Below are positions 1 to 10,336 of a stretch of 64,000 bases of DNA, one piece after another. Both the position numbers and the translations under genes were made by a program. The notes beneath the pieces are model-generated. The model saw nothing but the letters and a program-made list of their open reading frames with translations. It ran no database searches and was not told the DNA's origin. Position 1 is the first letter of the stretch. Each line of letters starts with the position of its first letter. Origin of the DNA: a bacterium (GTDB lineage: Bacteria; UBA8248); assembly GCA_965200245.1 (NCBI GenBank), contig CBDATS010000005.1, forward strand, positions 320,001 to 384,000, written 5' to 3'.

Positions 1-135
1 TTCGTCCCGCTCATGTCTGAACGAAAACCGCCCAGGAACATCAGGCCGGGAGATTTACCCTCCAGCCGGAAATAGGCGAGCGAAGACTTTTCCGGTCGAT
101 GCAGAAAACTGGTGGGAGAATCCGTCATTCTCGTT

Positions 136-669
136 TCAGGATAAATTTTCGAGATGATCGATCAAGCGGGCCGCTACGCCGCGAACCTCTGCTTCCGCTT
201 CCTCGTCCACACAGCGACCATCCTCGTCAAAGACCTTGTGGACGCTCCCGATGGAGGCCTGACCGGGCAGAACCTCTCCGCCTACGTGTGCGAGAATGTG
301 TCTTAGATGCGCGAGGGCGTTGTCCGCACTCGGCCCCATCGCCACACCGAGGATGGCGATGTTCTTTCCCTCGAAGGTGGAGGGATAGCCCAGGTTGTCA
401 ATCGCCAGCTTGAGCGTGCTGCTGATGCTGCCATGATACTCAGGCGTCGCGATGAGGATGCCCGCCGCCCCTGTTACGAGTTCCTTGAGCATATCGGGAT
501 CTTTCGACTCGCTCGGCTGCCCGGGCAGGGGCAGGTCCATATCGCCCAGATGGACCCGGGTGATTTCGAAATCCCCCTTCTTCAACTCATCAAGCGCCAG
601 AGCGAGAGCCTTGTCGGTATTGTTCTGCAACCTGCGGCTACCGCCGAATACAAGAATATAGGGTGACAT
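136..669 (-). CDS. NADPH-dependent FMN reductase (SsuE/MsuE-like flavodoxin fold)
   Basis: GGSRR N-terminal loop and ATPEYHGSISSTLKLAID motif; directly downstream of an LLM monooxygenase. Confidence 0.85.
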   Translation of the reverse strand: MSPYILVFGGSRRLQNNTDKALALALDELKKGDFEITRVHLGDMDLPLPGQPSESKDPDMLKELVTGAAGILIATPEYHGSISSTLKLAIDNLGYPSTFEGKNIAILGVAMGPSADNALAHLRHILAHVGGEVLPGQASIGSVHKVFDEDGRCVDEEAEAEVRGVAARLIDHLENLS

Positions 670-692
670 TTCATTTCCTGTGCTTTTTTCGA

Positions 693-1799
693 TTACACCG
701 CGACGTCGGCCAGTTCAGGCAGTACGACAGGTTCGGTGTCCTTGAGAAGCGGCAGAACCTCTCTGCCGAATATTTCCGCTTCTTCCTTGTGGGGCCATCC
801 ATTCATGATAAAGTGTCGCACGCCCGCGTCGTAGTACTCGCGGATTACGCTGGCGACCATGTTCGGCGTGCCGACAAACATCGTCCCCGCGCCGCCGCGC
901 ACCCTGTTGACGCCCATCCAGATCGTGTCTGTAAGCCAGAGGCTACCGCGCGAGCCCATCTCGTTGATGCGCATCTGGCCGGTAGACTCGGTGTTGTTCT
1001 TCATGTCGTTCCAGGTGCCCGTGTTCGAGATATCGCTCTTGTCAATCAGCGCCTCGGCGGCTCGCACCGCCTCTTTCCTCGTTTCACGTACACAGACCAG
1101 ATGGCGTATGCCGTAGCTCAGGGGTCGGTCACGCCCATATGCCTGTGATTCTCTCCTGCCTTCTTCGATATCCTTCCCGACAACTTCGGGTTCGGCAGCG
1201 TACATGACGTGCACGTCGCCGTGCTCCCACGCCACGCGCTTGCCGGGATCCGAGCTTCCCGCCAAGAAAATCGGGGGATTGGGCTTCGTGACCCGCTCAG
1301 GGAAGATGCCCGCGTTTTCAATCTCGAAGAATTTTCCCTTGTAGTCCAGCGGACCCTCCGCGTTCCACAGCTTTCGTACCACGTCCAGAAACTCGCCCGT
1401 GCGCGCGTAACGATCCTCGTGCGGCATGAAATCCCCATATCTTTTCTGATCCACGGGCGTGCTGCCCGTCACTACGTTCAGCGTACAGCGACCGCCGGTA
1501 ATGTAGTCAAGACTGTTCGCCTGCTGCGCCGCGTAGACCGGACCGGTGATCCCGGGCCGGAACGCCACCAGGAACTTGATCTTCTTCGTCCGGCTCGAAA
1601 TCGCGCCCGCGGTCGTCCAAGCGTCGATACAATGCGTGCCGCAAGGAACGAGGATGTTGGCGAAACCCGCCTTCTCGGCCGTTGATGTGACCTCTGTGAG
1701 ATAAGCGAGCGTGGCGGGCCGGTCAGGCGTCTTTTGGTTCACCTGCGACCCATCTCCCGCCCTGTGGGAGCAGAGCGCCCAGATGTATTCGGTAGACAT
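693..1799 (-). CDS. LLM-class flavin-dependent monooxygenase (SsuD/MsuD-like)
   Basis: AEKAGF, FLVAFRPG, LNVVTG, YARTGEFL, VGTP and GWPHKEE motifs of the SsuD family; GGAGA RBS. Confidence 0.85.
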   Translation of the reverse strand: MSTEYIWALCSHRAGDGSQVNQKTPDRPATLAYLTEVTSTAEKAGFANILVPCGTHCIDAWTTAGAISSRTKKIKFLVAFRPGITGPVYAAQQANSLDYITGGRCTLNVVTGSTPVDQKRYGDFMPHEDRYARTGEFLDVVRKLWNAEGPLDYKGKFFEIENAGIFPERVTKPNPPIFLAGSSDPGKRVAWEHGDVHVMYAAEPEVVGKDIEEGRRESQAYGRDRPLSYGIRHLVCVRETRKEAVRAAEALIDKSDISNTGTWNDMKNNTESTGQMRINEMGSRGSLWLTDTIWMGVNRVRGGAGTMFVGTPNMVASVIREYYDAGVRHFIMNGWPHKEEAEIFGREVLPLLKDTEPVVLPELADVAV

Positions 1800-2003
1800 G
1801 TCTTATCTCCTTCACACGCGCCTTGTACCTTGAGGGGACACACACCGGAACAGTTTTACTGATTCCCCTCGAACACGTCTATCAACATGAAGGCTATCGC
1901 CACCTCGGAGCGAGCCTTCAAATCGATCTAGACGCGCATAGGTCTGATTCGAATCGCAGCGAGAAGAAAAATGCGCTTCCAGTCAGTTAGCGGTCCAGTG
2001 GAT

Positions 2004-2594
2004 TCAAGGCGCTTTGTCCAGAACGACCATGTAGCGCCGCTCGCGCCTGCGCTCTACGATGATGTTGCGCCGTTCCATCGCATGCCCCGGCAACCGCAGC
2101 CACATCGAATATTCTCCCGGAGCGAGACTCGCCACTTCGAGCGTCGGGTCGGTCTTGCCGTAATACTGGCTCCCAATGAAAACTTCCGCCCCCGGTGGAT
2201 CCGAACGGACGACGAGGCGGCCAGCGCCCCCTCTCGTCAATCGTACCTCAATGGATGTCTTCTTCGCGCGAACTTCGAACTCCACGAACCGACCAACGTA
2301 GCCCGGAAACTCCGCACGAATCGAATGACGCCCGAAGTTGACACCCTTGATCTTGACAGGCCTCAGTTTGTAGATCTCTCCGCGCGGATTGCCGTTAAAG
2401 ATGATGACGGCGCCTTCGGGCTTGCCCGTCACGGTAAGCTCGCTCTTGCCGCTGCGCGGGTTTTCAACTGTTTTTTTCTCCCGAGCGCACCCTGCACCCG
2501 TTACCAGGACAAAAAGTGTCGACAAAACAATAATAAAACGGATAGAGCACTTCGGCGGCCAAAATGAAACGGGTAGTCTGTGTTGCATGCTCAT
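2004..2594 (-). CDS. PEGA domain-containing protein, probable lipoprotein
   Basis: Two PEGA-like repeats (VTGKPEGAVIIFNG; VRSDPPGAEVFIG); hydrophobic stretch ending GAGC; start codon uncertain. Confidence 0.7.
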   Translation of the reverse strand: MSMQHRLPVSFWPPKCSIRFIIVLSTLFVLVTGAGCAREKKTVENPRSGKSELTVTGKPEGAVIIFNGNPRGEIYKLRPVKIKGVNFGRHSIRAEFPGYVGRFVEFEVRAKKTSIEVRLTRGGAGRLVVRSDPPGAEVFIGSQYYGKTDPTLEVASLAPGEYSMWLRLPGHAMERRNIIVERRRERRYMVVLDKAP

Positions 2595-2761
2595 CTTCCT
2601 GTCACGCGAGTCCCGAGTCTTACTTCGTCCAATGTACCCTGTTTCGGGCGAAAGCAAAAGCCATAGAAAAGGACAACCCAAAATGCGCTTGCCCATTCCC
2701 CGCCCATGAGGAATGATGCGGGTGAATTCCCAAAAACCTACACCAGGGAGAAGATTCCAAG

Positions 2762-4456
2762 ATGCGGGGACACCTGAGAGGACTGACGAGCTATGGCGAT
2801 CCGGGCTTTAGTGTTTTCGCGAGAGGCGCCTACGCGCGGGGGTTCGGGCTGACGAAAGAGGATCTGGAAAAACCTATCGTCGGCATCGCCCAGACCTGGA
2901 GCGAACTCAATCCCTGCCACCGCCACTTGCGTGAGATCGCCGAGGCCGTGAAACGCGGCGTGTGGCAATCGGGCGGACTACCGCTGGAATTTCCAACCAT
3001 CTCCCTGGGCGAGATGTACCTGAACCCCACAGCCATGTTCTTCAGAAACCTTCTCTCGATGGACACCGAGGAAATGATCAAGGGCCAGCCCATGGACGGC
3101 GTGGTGCTGCTCGGCGGTTGCGACAAGACCCTGCCCGCACAGCTTATGGGCGCGGCCAGCGCAGGGATTCCCGCCATCTGCGTGACGGCGGGGCCAATGA
3201 TCGGCGGACGCTTCGAGGACAAGGTGCTGGGCGCATGCTCGGACTGCCGAGGAACATGGGCGGAATACCGGGCGGGCAACTACGACGACGACAGGCTCGA
3301 AGAGGTTCAGGGATCGCTGTTTCCCTCCACGGGAACCTGCATGGTGATGGGCACGGCGAGCACCATGGCGTCACTCACCGAGGCGATGGGCATGATGCTC
3401 CCCGGACTCGCAGCGGTCCCTGCGGTGAACTCGAACCGCATCCGCCTGGCGGAGCAAAGCGGGCGGCGCATCGTCGACCTGATCGAAAAAGACATAACGC
3501 CCGGGAAGATTATATCGCGCAAGGCGTTTGAAAACGCTATCCGTGTGCTTATGGCCGTGGGCGGTTCGACGAATGCCGTCGTTCACCTGCCCGCCATCGC
3601 CGGAAGGCTGGGTATCGATCTTCCGCTTTCCTTGTTTGATGAAATTTCCCGTACCACGCCCATGATCGGCAACGTGCGCCCATCGGGCAAGAAATACCTG
3701 ATGGAAGACCTCGCGGCGGCAGGTGGAATCCCGGTGGTAATGAAGGAACTCGAGCCCCTCCTCCATGGGGAGTGCCTCACCGTGACGGGAGAAACCGTGA
3801 CGGAAAATCTTTCAAAAATCCAAAGGGCGCAACCGTGGCAGGACGTCATCCACACGCGTGAGAAGCCGGTTTCAGAAGAAGGCGGCCTCGTGATCGTCAA
3901 GGGCTCGCTCGCCCCTGATGGGGCTGTCATCAAAGTCTCGGCAGCCGGTTCCGATTTCCTGAACCACACGGGGCCGGCCGTCGTGTTCAAATCCCAGCAG
4001 GATATGATCGAGCGTATCGACGACCCCGACCTCCCCGCCACGGCAGAGAGTGTCTTCGTGCTCCAGAATACAGGCCCCATCGGTGCGCCTGGCTTCCCGG
4101 AGGCGGGCTCCCTTCCACTGCCGAAGAAACTCCTCGAAGCGGGCGTACGCGACGTGGTGCGCGTATCGGACGCACGCATGAGTGGAACGGCGTCGGGGAC
4201 CATCGTGCTCCACGTTGCACCCGAGGCGGCCGCGGGCGGTCCACTCGCCCTTGTTCGAGACGGGGACATGATCACTCTGGACGTCCCGAACCGAAGGCTC
4301 GACCTGAACGTACCGGAAGAAGAGATCGAACGTCGCCGCGCCGTCTGGGAACCTCAACCGCCCCATTACGAGCGAGGCTACGGGAAGCTCTTTATTGAAA
4401 ACGTGCTGCAGGCACCCCAAGGCTGTGACTTCGGTTTCTTGAGAAAGACGGAATAA
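2762..4456 (+). CDS. IlvD/Edd family dehydratase (sugar-acid/dihydroxy-acid dehydratase)
   Basis: SELNPCH, GGCDKT, GTCMVMGTASTM, GGSTNA and SDARMSGT motifs. Confidence 0.92.
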   Translation: MRGHLRGLTSYGDPGFSVFARGAYARGFGLTKEDLEKPIVGIAQTWSELNPCHRHLREIAEAVKRGVWQSGGLPLEFPTISLGEMYLNPTAMFFRNLLSMDTEEMIKGQPMDGVVLLGGCDKTLPAQLMGAASAGIPAICVTAGPMIGGRFEDKVLGACSDCRGTWAEYRAGNYDDDRLEEVQGSLFPSTGTCMVMGTASTMASLTEAMGMMLPGLAAVPAVNSNRIRLAEQSGRRIVDLIEKDITPGKIISRKAFENAIRVLMAVGGSTNAVVHLPAIAGRLGIDLPLSLFDEISRTTPMIGNVRPSGKKYLMEDLAAAGGIPVVMKELEPLLHGECLTVTGETVTENLSKIQRAQPWQDVIHTREKPVSEEGGLVIVKGSLAPDGAVIKVSAAGSDFLNHTGPAVVFKSQQDMIERIDDPDLPATAESVFVLQNTGPIGAPGFPEAGSLPLPKKLLEAGVRDVVRVSDARMSGTASGTIVLHVAPEAAAGGPLALVRDGDMITLDVPNRRLDLNVPEEEIERRRAVWEPQPPHYERGYGKLFIENVLQAPQGCDFGFLRKTE

Positions 4457-5015
4457 GTCACATCCGGGTTCGCGTGTTCGCACATATTTACTGACCTGCA
4501 TCCACGCCCTGCGCGGCAGGTCCGTCTCGCCCGACATTGAAGATTCTCAGGCCCGCACAGTGGATGGAAAATGCGCTGAACCCATGCCCGAACCAGCCGC
4601 CGAAAAACGGATGTTGGCGATGGGGGAGGCGGATTTCCTCCTCTCCAAAAACGATCCGCCGACCGACCCTTTCCATGAACGCGAAAATGCCGAAATTCTT
4701 CCAAGCTGGCGGCTGTTTTTTCGAAAGGCTGCAAACCGGGCGCGTCGAGCAGGCGAGTGTGCCTGCGATGACCTTTTCAATGCCGATTACCGATTCGGCA
4801 GCAAATCACGCTATCATGATGCCGTTGACAACAATCATCAGAAATCCCGAAAAACGATGAGCACCGCTCGGAAGAATCCCGACAACCCCGCATCCCTGCA
4901 AAGGACCGGCAGCAACGCGGGCGGAGACGATGAGAACATTTTCCGGGAAATCAGGATTTATTTCGCGAACATCCATCGCGTCACGACCGGTGTCGCCTGG
5001 CGGGGGGTATAACCC

Positions 5016-5732
5016 ATGTGCGCACGCTTCACTCTCACGCAACTCATCCTCTGGCTTGCCGAGATTCTGGACATCAAGGACCCCGAAAAGGTAGGAAGCG
5101 TGCTGCCTCGATACAACGTCTCGCCAGGTACGGACATCGTTGTCGTCCGCTCCCGGGAAAACAAGCCGCGCGAACTCGCCCTGGCTCGCTGGGGTCTGGT
5201 GCCTTTCTGGGCGAAAGACACAGGCTTCGGGGCCAGGACGATAAACGCACGCTCCGAAACCGCAGCCGAGAAACCCGCCTTCCGTGCCGCGTTCCGTTAC
5301 AGGCGGTGTCTCATCCCCACTGACGGCTTCTACGAGTGGTCAGGAAGCGGGAGAAAAAAGCAACCCTGGTTCATTCATCTGCAAGACAAGAAAACCTTTG
5401 CGTTCGCGGGCCTTTGGGAGAGCTGGACGGGAGCAGACGGGAGCGTTCTCGAGACCTGCTCGATCCTCACAACGGAAGCGAACGAAAAACTGGCCGAACT
5501 TCACCCCCGGATGCCCGTCATCCTGCCCGAGGCGTCTTATGCGGATTGGCTCAACCCGCGCGAGAACCGCGCGAAGGTTCTCCAGCCACTGCTCAAACCC
5601 TACCCTTCCGAGGCCTTCTCATATTATCCGGTGAGCGAGCGGGTGAACAGTCCCGGAAACGACGACGCAGCCTGCCTCGAAAGGCGCGAAGAAGAACCAC
5701 CCCAACTTCAAGGATCCCTTTTCGGGGGTTGA
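5016..5732 (+). CDS. SOS response-associated peptidase (SRAP/YedK/HMCES), abasic-site protection
   Basis: N-terminal catalytic Cys2 (MCARF), RYNVSP, WGLVPFW, INARSET, GFYEW and HPRMPVIL. Confidence 0.93.
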   Translation: MCARFTLTQLILWLAEILDIKDPEKVGSVLPRYNVSPGTDIVVVRSRENKPRELALARWGLVPFWAKDTGFGARTINARSETAAEKPAFRAAFRYRRCLIPTDGFYEWSGSGRKKQPWFIHLQDKKTFAFAGLWESWTGADGSVLETCSILTTEANEKLAELHPRMPVILPEASYADWLNPRENRAKVLQPLLKPYPSEAFSYYPVSERVNSPGNDDAACLERREEEPPQLQGSLFGG

Positions 5733-5811
5733 GACGAAAAGGGCGGAGGCACAGGTCCGCTCCCACGGTAGAATCCTCGCGTCAACCGCAGATCCATCGT
5801 AAAGATACGAC

Positions 5812-7005
5812 TCAGGAGATGGACGAATCCTCGGGCTGTTCTTCTATCGGCGCATCGGTGGTGAGGCGTTTTTTCGCCGTGGGCGCGTAGCCGCCGCCTG
5901 CCATCGTTGCGGCGACTTCGAGCACCTCGCTCATGGATTCGGGGATTCCGGAGGGATACGCATCGTCGGGACACTTGCTGTTTGCCATGAAGGCGCACGG
6001 CTTGCACTCGATGCAGCGGATGATTTCCCCGTCGCGCGCGGCGAGAGCCTTGTTTGCATAATCGGGATCCGTGAGCATGGCGCGTCCCACGCCGACAAGA
6101 TCGGCTCCCCCATCGAGATACGCCTGAACCCGCGCAGGCTCGAAGGCTGCCCCGTTCGCGACCAAGGGTACATCCACAGCAGCACGGAGCCTGCTGAAAG
6201 CAGCGTTGTACAAATCGGGCATGACGGGCAGACCCACGCGCGCGTTTCGCGAGCAGTGGAGAATGTCCACCCCCGCCTCCACGAGCGCGGGAGCAAGGGC
6301 AAGCGTGTCCTCCACCGTAAAGCCGTTTGCGAAAGGTTCCAGAAGACCCAGACGATAGCTCACCACCATCTCTTCTCCCCCACCTTCGCGCACGGCTTGC
6401 GCTACCTCGATCGGAAAGCGCATGCGTTTCTCGATCGTACCACCGTATCCGTCCGTCCGGTGGTTGGAAGCCGGAGAGAAGAACTGCTGGCACAGATACC
6501 ATGTGGCCCCATGAATCTCGATAATCTTTCCCCCCGCCTCGCGCACGCGCCGCGCAGCGTCTCCATAAGCCTGAACAGCAACCTTGATTTCCGCCTCGCT
6601 CATCTCGCGCGGCACCTCATCTTCGGTGGGATGCGGAATGGGCGAAGGTCCCACGGGCTCCATCCCCGTGATTGCGCTGAGTGCCGTTCTGCCCGCGTGA
6701 TAAATCTGAATCGCAAGCGGCGCACCCGCTTCATCCACCGCCTGAATCAACTCGCGAAGCGCGGGCACGTGTGCGTTGTCATGGGTACTCAGTTGGTTGG
6801 GAAAACCCTTCCCCTCCTGGTTGACGTAGGTCGCTTCCGAGAAACAAATCGCGGCGCCGCCCCGGGCACGGGCCCTGTAGTGTGCATGCGTCCACGCAGA
6901 GGGCGCGCCGTCCTCTTCTGCGCGCGAGGTCGTCATCGCGGACATTAGGATGCGATTCCTGATGAACTGGCCGCGGACTTCAAGGGGATCCGTAAATTTC
7001 ACCAT
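5812..7005 (-). CDS. NADH:flavin oxidoreductase (old yellow enzyme family)
   Basis: NRILMSAM, QIYHAGR, QQFFSPASNHRTDGYGG motifs; C-terminal CIECKPC..C cysteine cluster. Confidence 0.88.
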   Translation of the reverse strand: MVKFTDPLEVRGQFIRNRILMSAMTTSRAEEDGAPSAWTHAHYRARARGGAAICFSEATYVNQEGKGFPNQLSTHDNAHVPALRELIQAVDEAGAPLAIQIYHAGRTALSAITGMEPVGPSPIPHPTEDEVPREMSEAEIKVAVQAYGDAARRVREAGGKIIEIHGATWYLCQQFFSPASNHRTDGYGGTIEKRMRFPIEVAQAVREGGGEEMVVSYRLGLLEPFANGFTVEDTLALAPALVEAGVDILHCSRNARVGLPVMPDLYNAAFSRLRAAVDVPLVANGAAFEPARVQAYLDGGADLVGVGRAMLTDPDYANKALAARDGEIIRCIECKPCAFMANSKCPDDAYPSGIPESMSEVLEVAATMAGGGYAPTAKKRLTTDAPIEEQPEDSSIS

Positions 7006-7123
7006 GCAGAGAAATCTCCCGAAAATTACCTCTACGAACCCGCATCGCGGCGAGCCTGTCGGACCCGCCGCGATGCGATCTGAAAATCAGAAAGCAGGCA
7101 CTGGGCCCGCTTCTTGCGTGATA

Positions 7124-7918
7124 TTAATTTCTGGCCAGAAAATCCTCTATGTCACCCAGGGATTCCTCGAAACACTGGATGAGAAAGAAATGGCTCGCTT
7201 CCTCGTAAATCTTGATCTCGCAGTTCGGCACGCGGTCAGCGATTTCCCGGGAAGCGCTGGCCGCACACAGCACGTCCTGCCCACCCGCGAGGACGAGCGT
7301 CGGGCACTTCACCTCGTGGAGCCTGTCGAGTGCGTCGTGCGTAAGACAGGCGTGGGTAGAATTTACGTAGCCGGGAATGGGACGATCCGTGTTGCCGAGC
7401 CCCGCCTCGAATGCGTCGAGTTGTTCCTGGTTCTCGTTGAAATACTTGGGCGGAAAGAAGAAAAGCGACTGGTGCTTCGCTGCGGGCGCGTAGCCCTGGG
7501 CCTTCACCACTTCGTTGATATTGTAGAGAATTTGATAGCCATACCTGTCCAGCTTTCCAAAAGAGGCCGTGATGAGGAGGCTTCGCACGCGGTCGGGATA
7601 GTCGAGCGCCATCATCTGGGCGATGGCTCCACCCATCGAGCGGCCGATAACGTGCGCGGGCTCGGTGATGCCCACAGCGTCCATCAAGCCAATGGTGTCG
7701 GCCGCGAAATGGCTCGACGTATAGGGATAGTCCGGTGCTGAACTCCTGCCCGCCCCCCGGTTATCGAAGGCTAGTACGCGGTAGTTCTTTCCCAAGCTAT
7801 CGATCTGGGCCTTCCACGCGCTACAATCGCCCGCGAGACCATGGATGAGAACGACAGGAACGCCTTCTCCGTAATCCTCGTAATAAAGTTCTACGTCACC
7901 CACCTGAACCTTCGGCAT
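7124..7918 (-). CDS. alpha/beta hydrolase (enol-lactonase/RutD-like)
   Basis: LIHGL, DNRGAGRS, nucleophile elbow GRSMGG, catalytic His in ASH. Confidence 0.88.
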   Translation of the reverse strand: MPKVQVGDVELYYEDYGEGVPVVLIHGLAGDCSAWKAQIDSLGKNYRVLAFDNRGAGRSSAPDYPYTSSHFAADTIGLMDAVGITEPAHVIGRSMGGAIAQMMALDYPDRVRSLLITASFGKLDRYGYQILYNINEVVKAQGYAPAAKHQSLFFFPPKYFNENQEQLDAFEAGLGNTDRPIPGYVNSTHACLTHDALDRLHEVKCPTLVLAGGQDVLCAASASREIADRVPNCEIKIYEEASHFFLIQCFEESLGDIEDFLARN

Positions 7919-8032
7919 CTTGAAAATCCCTTTCTGTGACCAGTCGGGAAGTCACTCTCGAGACGCTCACGCGGCCGCTGTGATCCACCCGCCAAAACTG
8001 AAGAAATACGCTTTTTATCCAGCGCAAGGGAA

Positions 8033-8767
8033 TCAGTTCTTCTTGCCCTCGACGCCCTCGGCCACCTTCTCCATGAACTCCTCGTTGTCGAACACCCAAC
8101 CCAGGCAGCGCATCACGTTCTGCATACCGAAGACGTGCAAATCCGGCCCGTACATACTCGCCACGCAATCGGAGAGCATTACCACCCGATAGTCGTAGTT
8201 GAAGGCGGTAAAGGCCGTATTCAGAACACACGTGTTCGTGTTGATTCCCATGAGGCACACGTTTTTCGTGCCCAAAGAGTCGAGAAGCATCTGAAGGTCT
8301 GTTCCCATGAAGCAGTCGAGGCGTTTTTTGTTGTCGATGACGTAGTCACCCTCCTCCACAAGGGAGGGAATCATCTCCGTCGTCACCTCGCCCATGATGT
8401 TGTGATCGTTCACCGTGCTTTTTCGGCCAAGCGTGAGGCGGTTCTTTTCATCCTGGATGTCGTGGAGTGCCTTCCAGAAATGAACCCTCATGCCCTCGCT
8501 TCCGAGACCTGGAATTTTCCGGAAAACGAGCTTCACGTGGACGACAGGAATACCGTGGTTTCTGGCGAAACCGAGGAGTTCCCCAGCGTGCCTGATGACG
8601 CTCTCGCAGTCCTCATCACTCGCCGGCATGGTAGCGACTTCGGGGTCCAGGTGCCCCCGGTGCATGTCGATGGTAACGATGGTGGTTTCCTTCGGATCGA
8701 GCGAAATCATTTCTTTCAACTGATCTGTCATTTCGGAGCGATCGAGAATCTCTACTTGCGTGGCCAT
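8033..8767 (-). CDS. Cysteine hydrolase (isochorismatase family)
   Basis: Catalytic triad motifs TIDMH, KKRLDCF and GINTNTCV; ATG at 8767 follows an RBS-like GGGGTG. Confidence 0.88.
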   Translation of the reverse strand: MATQVEILDRSEMTDQLKEMISLDPKETTIVTIDMHRGHLDPEVATMPASDEDCESVIRHAGELLGFARNHGIPVVHVKLVFRKIPGLGSEGMRVHFWKALHDIQDEKNRLTLGRKSTVNDHNIMGEVTTEMIPSLVEEGDYVIDNKKRLDCFMGTDLQMLLDSLGTKNVCLMGINTNTCVLNTAFTAFNYDYRVVMLSDCVASMYGPDLHVFGMQNVMRCLGWVFDNEEFMEKVAEGVEGKKN

Positions 8768-8953
8768 GGCTTCACCCCTTTGCTCAAGAAATAGATGGTC
8801 GTGCTCCCTCTGGATCGTGGAAGCATAATACAAATCGCCGGACTTGAAAACGCGAGGACACGCAGGCCTCCAGGATGGGACCGCGTTCTGGCTGGTATCT
8901 CTTGCGTTCGGTAATACCATCGTTTTGGGGACATGGTGCGTTATTCAACCAGG

Positions 8954-9545
8954 GAATTACACACTTGAATCCGCAAGTCCCAATCCCTTTATATTGCGTA
9001 CCGGCCCCAATCACCCTTTGAACATCATGCAGACGGACATCACCGTCACTTCCGGAATTTGTGTGCGGAAGTCGTCATGACTCTTTCCTGCAAGACAGGG
9101 AACGTCTTTTGCACACAGGAGGAGGGGTCATAACGGCATCATTCTGGAAATATGGCTACTTCGGCCGCCGGTTTCCCGGGAGAAGAGGGGGACTATGGAC
9201 AGGGTTCCGAGAGTCTGTTTCTCAACAGAAAAACGTCAAAAATTACCTGCTTTCCCATCGGGACATCCCATACGCTGTTCATGATGACGATGCAAAAAGG
9301 CGAAAGCGTCGGGGCATCAAACCATACTCGTTACTCCAGGACAGGAGACCCAAGTGAAATCTCTTTCCGGGATGCGCGAGCACCTGATCGGGAAGGCAGG
9401 CGACAGTGAGGAGTTCCGTGCCCGTCTTATCTCCGAACCGAGGGCCGTGGTATCCGGGGAGTTCGGAATCGCGGTGCCGGAGACTTTCAACCTGCATGTG
9501 ATGGAAGACGACGCCGAAAACAGCTATCTCGTCCTTCCGCCTTCG
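8954..9545 (+). repeat. Dispersed repeat copy 1: ~400 nt non-coding block plus NHLP leader coding region (homologous to 48281-48888)
   Basis: Shared segments, e.g. gaattaca.actt.aatccgcaagtc, ttgaacatcatgcaga, cttcggccgccggtttcccgggagaa, ctgttcatgatgacgatgcaaaaa, aaaccatactc. Confidence 0.92.
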
Positions 9546-9635
9546 CCCCGGCTCACCGAGGAAGAGCTGGAAGGCGCTCATGGCGCATATCTGGATGAGC
9601 CTGGGGACCGTATCTACGAAAAGGGAATTAGATAG
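9354..9635 (+). CDS. NHLP (nitrile hydratase-like leader peptide) RiPP precursor, core YLDEPGDRIYEKGIR
   Basis: LIGKAGDSEEFRARLISEPRAVV...SYLVLPP...LTEEELEGAHGA leader ending in a GG/GA-type site; AGGAGA RBS, GTG start. Confidence 0.88.
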   Translation: MKSLSGMREHLIGKAGDSEEFRARLISEPRAVVSGEFGIAVPETFNLHVMEDDAENSYLVLPPSPRLTEEELEGAHGAYLDEPGDRIYEKGIR

Positions 9636-9721
9636 TGCCCCATTGAGTTACTGTCATATCCGGTGTATGGACTGAATGGAAGAAGGCGGCGCATACACTG
9701 GTTCTGGCAGTAATTCCGCCC

Positions 9722-9964
9722 GTGACGCAAAACGATACACCCGGAAACAAAAACAGGAACAACGAAACGGAGTGGATGGGTAACGATGAAGACCTTCGTG
9801 ACATTCGATATATATCCGAAGCTGAAATAATTTCCAAAGCGGCGAGAACCCGTTTCGGAAAATGCACGTCACTCAATGACCTAGAGATTATTTTACATCT
9901 TGCGAGCAATTGCTTTTCAGATGATTCGTACGAACAGGCAAGAAAATTCGCCCGTCGAGGGTAA
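9722..9964 (+). CDS. Hypothetical protein in AT-richer patch
   Basis: 80-aa ORF directly after the NHLP gene; no recognisable motif. Confidence 0.25.
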   Translation: MTQNDTPGNKNRNNETEWMGNDEDLRDIRYISEAEIISKAARTRFGKCTSLNDLEIILHLASNCFSDDSYEQARKFARRG

Positions 9965-10284
9965 GGTATCGGAGTATCCGTCGAACAAGCGTGGAAAATC
10001 GGAAGCTACGAGTAGCGATTAAAACGAAGCCAAGCCGGGAAAAAGTTTGCCGGCCATATCAAGAAACATCCTTTTGCAAGATATTCATCGCGTTTCTGGA
10101 ACTTGTCCTGCACGGATATCCCACCTTGGTCCGCGTGCATCAAAGTCTCTACGTCCTTGTCGGCGCCCTTATTCTGAAATTTCCGAACAAGCCCTTTCGT
10201 AACAACCGAAGACAAGTTTCAGAATCCAACGAAATCTCGTGATGAATTCTGGCAACAACTCATCCCGATCTTGCCCCCGCCAAC

Positions 10285-10312
10285 AAAAAAAGGCTCCCCA
10301 CCAGGGGAGCCT
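10285..10312 (-). terminator. Rho-independent terminator of sdhCAB
   Basis: aggctcccc-acca-ggggagcct hairpin followed by a U-run on the minus strand. Confidence 0.85.
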
Positions 10313-10336
10313 CATGGGAACCGTGTTGCTTGAGTC

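Noticed and set aside
4560-5012. 150-aa ORF between the dehydratase and SRAP genes
   Set aside because: No RBS or recognisable motif; several overlapping ORFs are equally weak
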